Below, piece after piece: positions 60,784 to 64,000 of a stretch of 64,000 bases of DNA. The DNA lies in assembly GCA_013239625.1 (NCBI GenBank), contig MU053561.1, positions 3,240,283 to 3,304,282 of the forward strand. Direction: 5' to 3'. How positions within the stretch are numbered: the first letter of the stretch is position 1; every line of letters begins with the position of its first letter. The notes beneath the pieces were generated by a model that had not been told where the DNA came from, made no database searches, and saw only the letters and a list, made by a program, of their open reading frames with translations. Source of the stretch: Lama guanicoe. Its lineage: Eukaryota. Both the position numbers and the translations under genes were made by a program.

Positions 60784-61382
60784 GAAGCAGAAACCATCTT
60801 TATACACCCGACACATAGCAGGTGTCCAATAAATGTTTGCTGACAGAGCATCTCCCTGACCGTTGTTGGTTCTCCCCATCCATCCCTAGACTGCTTCCTG
60901 AGCAGTCCTAGAGCAGGACTGCGTGCAGGTCACTTTCTTTCCTCCCCATGGGCGAAGGAATAGCAGATAAAAGAGGAAATGCTACCATAGCTTAGGTTTT
61001 TTAAATTTCGTAGTTAATATCATTAATAGTTACATTAATGATGTGAATGCAATGTCTCTAATTGCATTATGGGTTTTTAAAAAAGGAGAAATTCAAAACA
61101 GCAGGATGACTTTTGATCACTGAGTAATGAACATGGGTTTGAAATGGTTTTAGAAAACTGGAAATTCACTGGTGTGAAAGTGCCTCTGTTCCTCCCACCC
61201 CAACGTGATTCCTTTGGGAGTTTGATGTGATGGGCTCTGGTGACTGCCTGTCTCCCTCTTTGTGCTCCGCAAGGAGAGCTCAGAATCCTCAGCTATCCTC
61301 GGAAGCGCCTCTCTCCCCCATCACTAATCTTTAATTCAGGATTCAATGTCTTCTATAGTTGCCCACTTCCTATGGGTGGCAT

Positions 61383-61474
61383 CAGGACTGCCAAGTCTTC
61401 ACTCCCAGGGGGTGCCATTCCCATCATAATTCCTGGGGATGGCATCCCCTTGAGTCACGCAAAGCACAGCCCTG
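61383..61474. mobile_element. Palindromic hAT-Tip100 MITE (MER91-like)
   Basis: Termini 'caggactgcc' and 'cacagccctg'; central inverted repeat agggggtgccattccca / tggggatggcatcccct. Confidence 0.55.
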
Positions 61475-62207
61475 TGTGGGTTCCCCTTCCCCAGGGCAGC
61501 CTTCGGGGAAACCTTTTCCTCCCACAGACTCTACAGCTTGAAACTAACCCAAAACAATTTCTCTGTGATCTGATGCATTCTGCCTTCTCTGGCAAATTTC
61601 CTTGAGAAAGACTCTTCATGTGGTGTTTTTGGCATGAGAGTCAAGAAAGGGTTATAATAAGCATCATCTTGAAGCCTTAACTACAGTCTCTGGTTCTGCA
61701 AATACCATAATGACAGACTTGCATTCTCGGGCCTAAGAAATGTTGTGGGCCCTGGAGCTCACAAACGTCCTAGGCATGCAGGCTTTTTTCCTGTTTGTGT
61801 CTGGGATCCAAGGAGAAAATAGGGGGTTCCAAGCTCCAGTTCGCACAACACTCTCATGGAGGCCAAGAGGGGATCTCGAGTGTGCTTCTGTGATGAGAAG
61901 GTGAGCAGGACACATCTGTGTGGGTCTCGTGGTGCCTCTGGGCCATGGGGCTAGGGGAGTGCAGCATCAGGGTGGCATTTTAGCACCTTAGGGGCCAAAA
62001 GCAGAGGCTGGGATGAGGCCTGGACAGATGGGATGAAACCTCTGTTCACACCTGCCTGTGGTCAGGAATGCTCATGGTTACTGCTGGAACTGGAGACAGA
62101 GGGCTCAAATAACATCGAGGGTTACTGAGGGGTTACCTTGCTGGAGTCTTGAACCGGTGAGCACCAGGCTTCCTGGTGTGCCCACCCCCTCCCTCCCTCC
62201 CCCAGCC

Positions 62208-62244
62208 NNNNNNNNNNNNNNNNNNNNNNNNNNNNNNNNNNNNN
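62208..62244. other. Assembly gap (37 N)
   Basis: Run of n flanked by C-rich tracts. Confidence 1.
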
Positions 62245-63246
62245 TTCCTCCCGCAGTCCCACCCCCTCCCTCATTCTCTCTGGGTGGTTCCCCTGGGTCC
62301 TATCTGGCCATTCCCTAAGCCTAAGGCAGATTCAGTCTCATGAAATCGACTCCAGTACTCGTTTCAAATCCACGCGTACCTTTATTTCACAGAAGACAAA
62401 TGTGTTTGAGAAATTCAAGTAAAAATACCAAAATTTTAAAGCCTTGTATTTTTGATAGGAAGGAAGGCCTAGTGAAAAGGACTTCCGTCTAGAGTATTTT
62501 TATAAATCACACCCAGTTTCTAAAGCCAGCTTTTTTTCTATCCATTAAGTTCTTTCAGCCTGGATAAAACTGCATTTTCCTAAGGAAACTGGATTCCTTG
62601 TGAACTGCCGTAACTTTCAGGATTTTTGCAGAGAGGGACACAAAGCTGTGAGCTGGCTGTCTGGGGGACACTGTCAGGGCCCTAGTGCTGGCACAATACT
62701 GACCTGGAAGGGGGGATGCAGTAAGACAGGCCAGAGGATATCCTTCTCTGAGCACATTCTCCCTGAATAGCACCTCGGCAATCATTTTTACAAGGTGATA
62801 TTGTAGCACAATGGTTACTCAGACTGCAATGAAAATTCATGGCCAGAAGCAGAGGGAAACTGAGGGTCAGTCTGCTCAGGTGGCAACTGACACCTTGGGG
62901 GTTGTACTAGTCAGCACCAGCTGCTGTAATAAATACCACGGACTGGGTGGCTTAAACAGCAAAGATTTATTTGTCGCAGTGCTGGAGACTGGAAGTCCAA
63001 GATCAAGGTGCCAGCCAATTGAGATTCTGGTGAGAGCCCTCTTCCTAGCTTGCAGATGGGGCCACCTTCTCACTGTGTCCTCACATGACAGAGAGAGAGC
63101 ACACAATCTGCCTGGTGTCTCTTCATACCAGGGCACTGATCCTAACAGATCAGGGCTCCACCCTACGGCCTCACTGAACCCTAAATACGTACTTATAGGC
63201 ACCATCTCCAAATACAGTCATATTTGAGGTTAGGTTTTCAACATAT

Positions 63247-63913
63247 TGAGACAGGAGGGAAGAGGGCAGGGCACAACCATTAAAAAAGCATGACACAGCC
63301 ATTGAGGATATGACATAAACTGCTGAGAACCAACTGGGCCCAAGATGGTGGAAGATTTGACTTCCAGTAGACCTTGAGCCTCATTATATGATCATTGTAA
63401 TACATTCGCTGCTAAATGACATACCCACAGGTGCCATGACAGATCCCAGGCTGACTATTAAAGGCCAAAAAGTGGGCAGGGGGCCACATTCCCTCCCCTC
63501 CTCCAAACAGTTGGAATAATCCTCCCACTTGTTAACATCCGAAATTACCCAGCCCGGGGGAGGGGGGGGGTGTAGCTCACTTGGAAGAGCGCATGCGTAG
63601 CTTAGCGTGCACGAGGCCCTGGGTTCAGTCCCCAGTACCTCCTCTAAAAATAAATAAACCTGATTACCTCCCCTCCACTGCCAAAATTAAATAATTAAAT
63701 AATACAATAATAAATTAATTAAATATAAAAAAATTTTAAAAAATTACCCAGCCCATAAAAACCACTCTCAACACCTTGGGGACTCTCCCTTCTGAAACAG
63801 ACCACATTCTGTCTATGGAGCCTGTATCTCCCTAAATAAACTTGCCTTCACTTTACTATGGCTCACTCTTGAATTCTTTCCTGCACAAGGCAAGAACCTA
63901 CTCTCATGTAACA
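63247..63913 (+). mobile_element. ERV1 solo LTR, MER41-like
   Basis: TG...CA termini with 4-bp TSD atat (63243-63246, 63914-63917); MER41-like blocks 'ccaagatggtgg', 'ctcattata', 'gccatgacag', 'gaataatcctccc', 'tctgtctatggag', 'aataaacttgccttcactttact', 'tgaattctttcctgc', end 'tgtaaca'. Confidence 0.8.
63556..63740 (+). mobile_element. tRNA-derived camelid SINE (vic-1-like) inside the MER41-like LTR
   Basis: tRNA-like head and AT-rich tail; perfect 14-bp TSD aaattacccagccc (63542-63555, 63741-63754). Confidence 0.95.
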
Positions 63914-64000
63914 ATATGATTTTTTTGGGGGGTGGGGGGGATACAATTTGGTCCCCAGAAGTGGTCAGTGAAACATTCAGGAATGAGGGTACCCTCAGAG

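Larger units (their letters stand above)
62903..63960 (-). mobile_element. MaLR LTR (MLT1A-like), split at 63246/63914 by an ERV1 LTR
   Basis: 'ggactgggtggcttaaacagca', 'ggaagtccaagatcaaggtgccagc', 'catctccaaatacagtcatatt...ttcaacatat'; resumes 'atatgattttttttggggg...gatacaattt'. Confidence 0.9.

Noticed and set aside
7720..61460. Window-wide enrichment of AP-1 TGA(C/G)TCA sites
   Set aside because: I count about a dozen by eye versus roughly eight expected at uniform base composition, which is not a convincing excess.
62180..62280. C-rich G4/i-motif tract around the N run
   Set aside because: An assembly gap interrupts it, so its true sequence and length cannot be assessed.
1..64000. A novel protein-coding system, CRISPR array or operon
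   Set aside because: The sequence is repeat-rich mammalian DNA. There is no repeat-spacer array, no long ORF with a recognisable non-transposon domain, and no convincing coding exon chain.

Overview
This is mammalian non-coding DNA, intergenic or deep intronic, and most likely from a camelid (alpaca/camel). The basis for that call is six copies of a young tRNA-derived SINE matching the camelid vic-1 type, alongside cetartiodactyl-type young L1 3' ends. I recognise no protein-coding gene, RNA gene, CRISPR array or microbial system. The ORF track reflects L1 ORF2 remnants, low-complexity sequence or chance ORFs. The window is dense in transposable elements: many MIR and L2 relics, four CR1/L3 relics, old and young L1, MaLR/ERVL/ERV1 solo LTRs and hAT MITEs, several nested with readable target-site duplications (TSDs). 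The strongest signal that repeats do not explain is a highly diverged ~230-bp tandem duplication at ~54960-55420, in which only short motif-like islands survive in the same order and spacing. Other notable items are a perfect five-unit heat-shock element (14017-14041), a three-level MLT1A / MER41-like LTR / SINE nest, and several hairpins and non-B-DNA tracts. Repeat family names come from recalled consensus features, not a database search, and the boundaries of old repeats are approximate.
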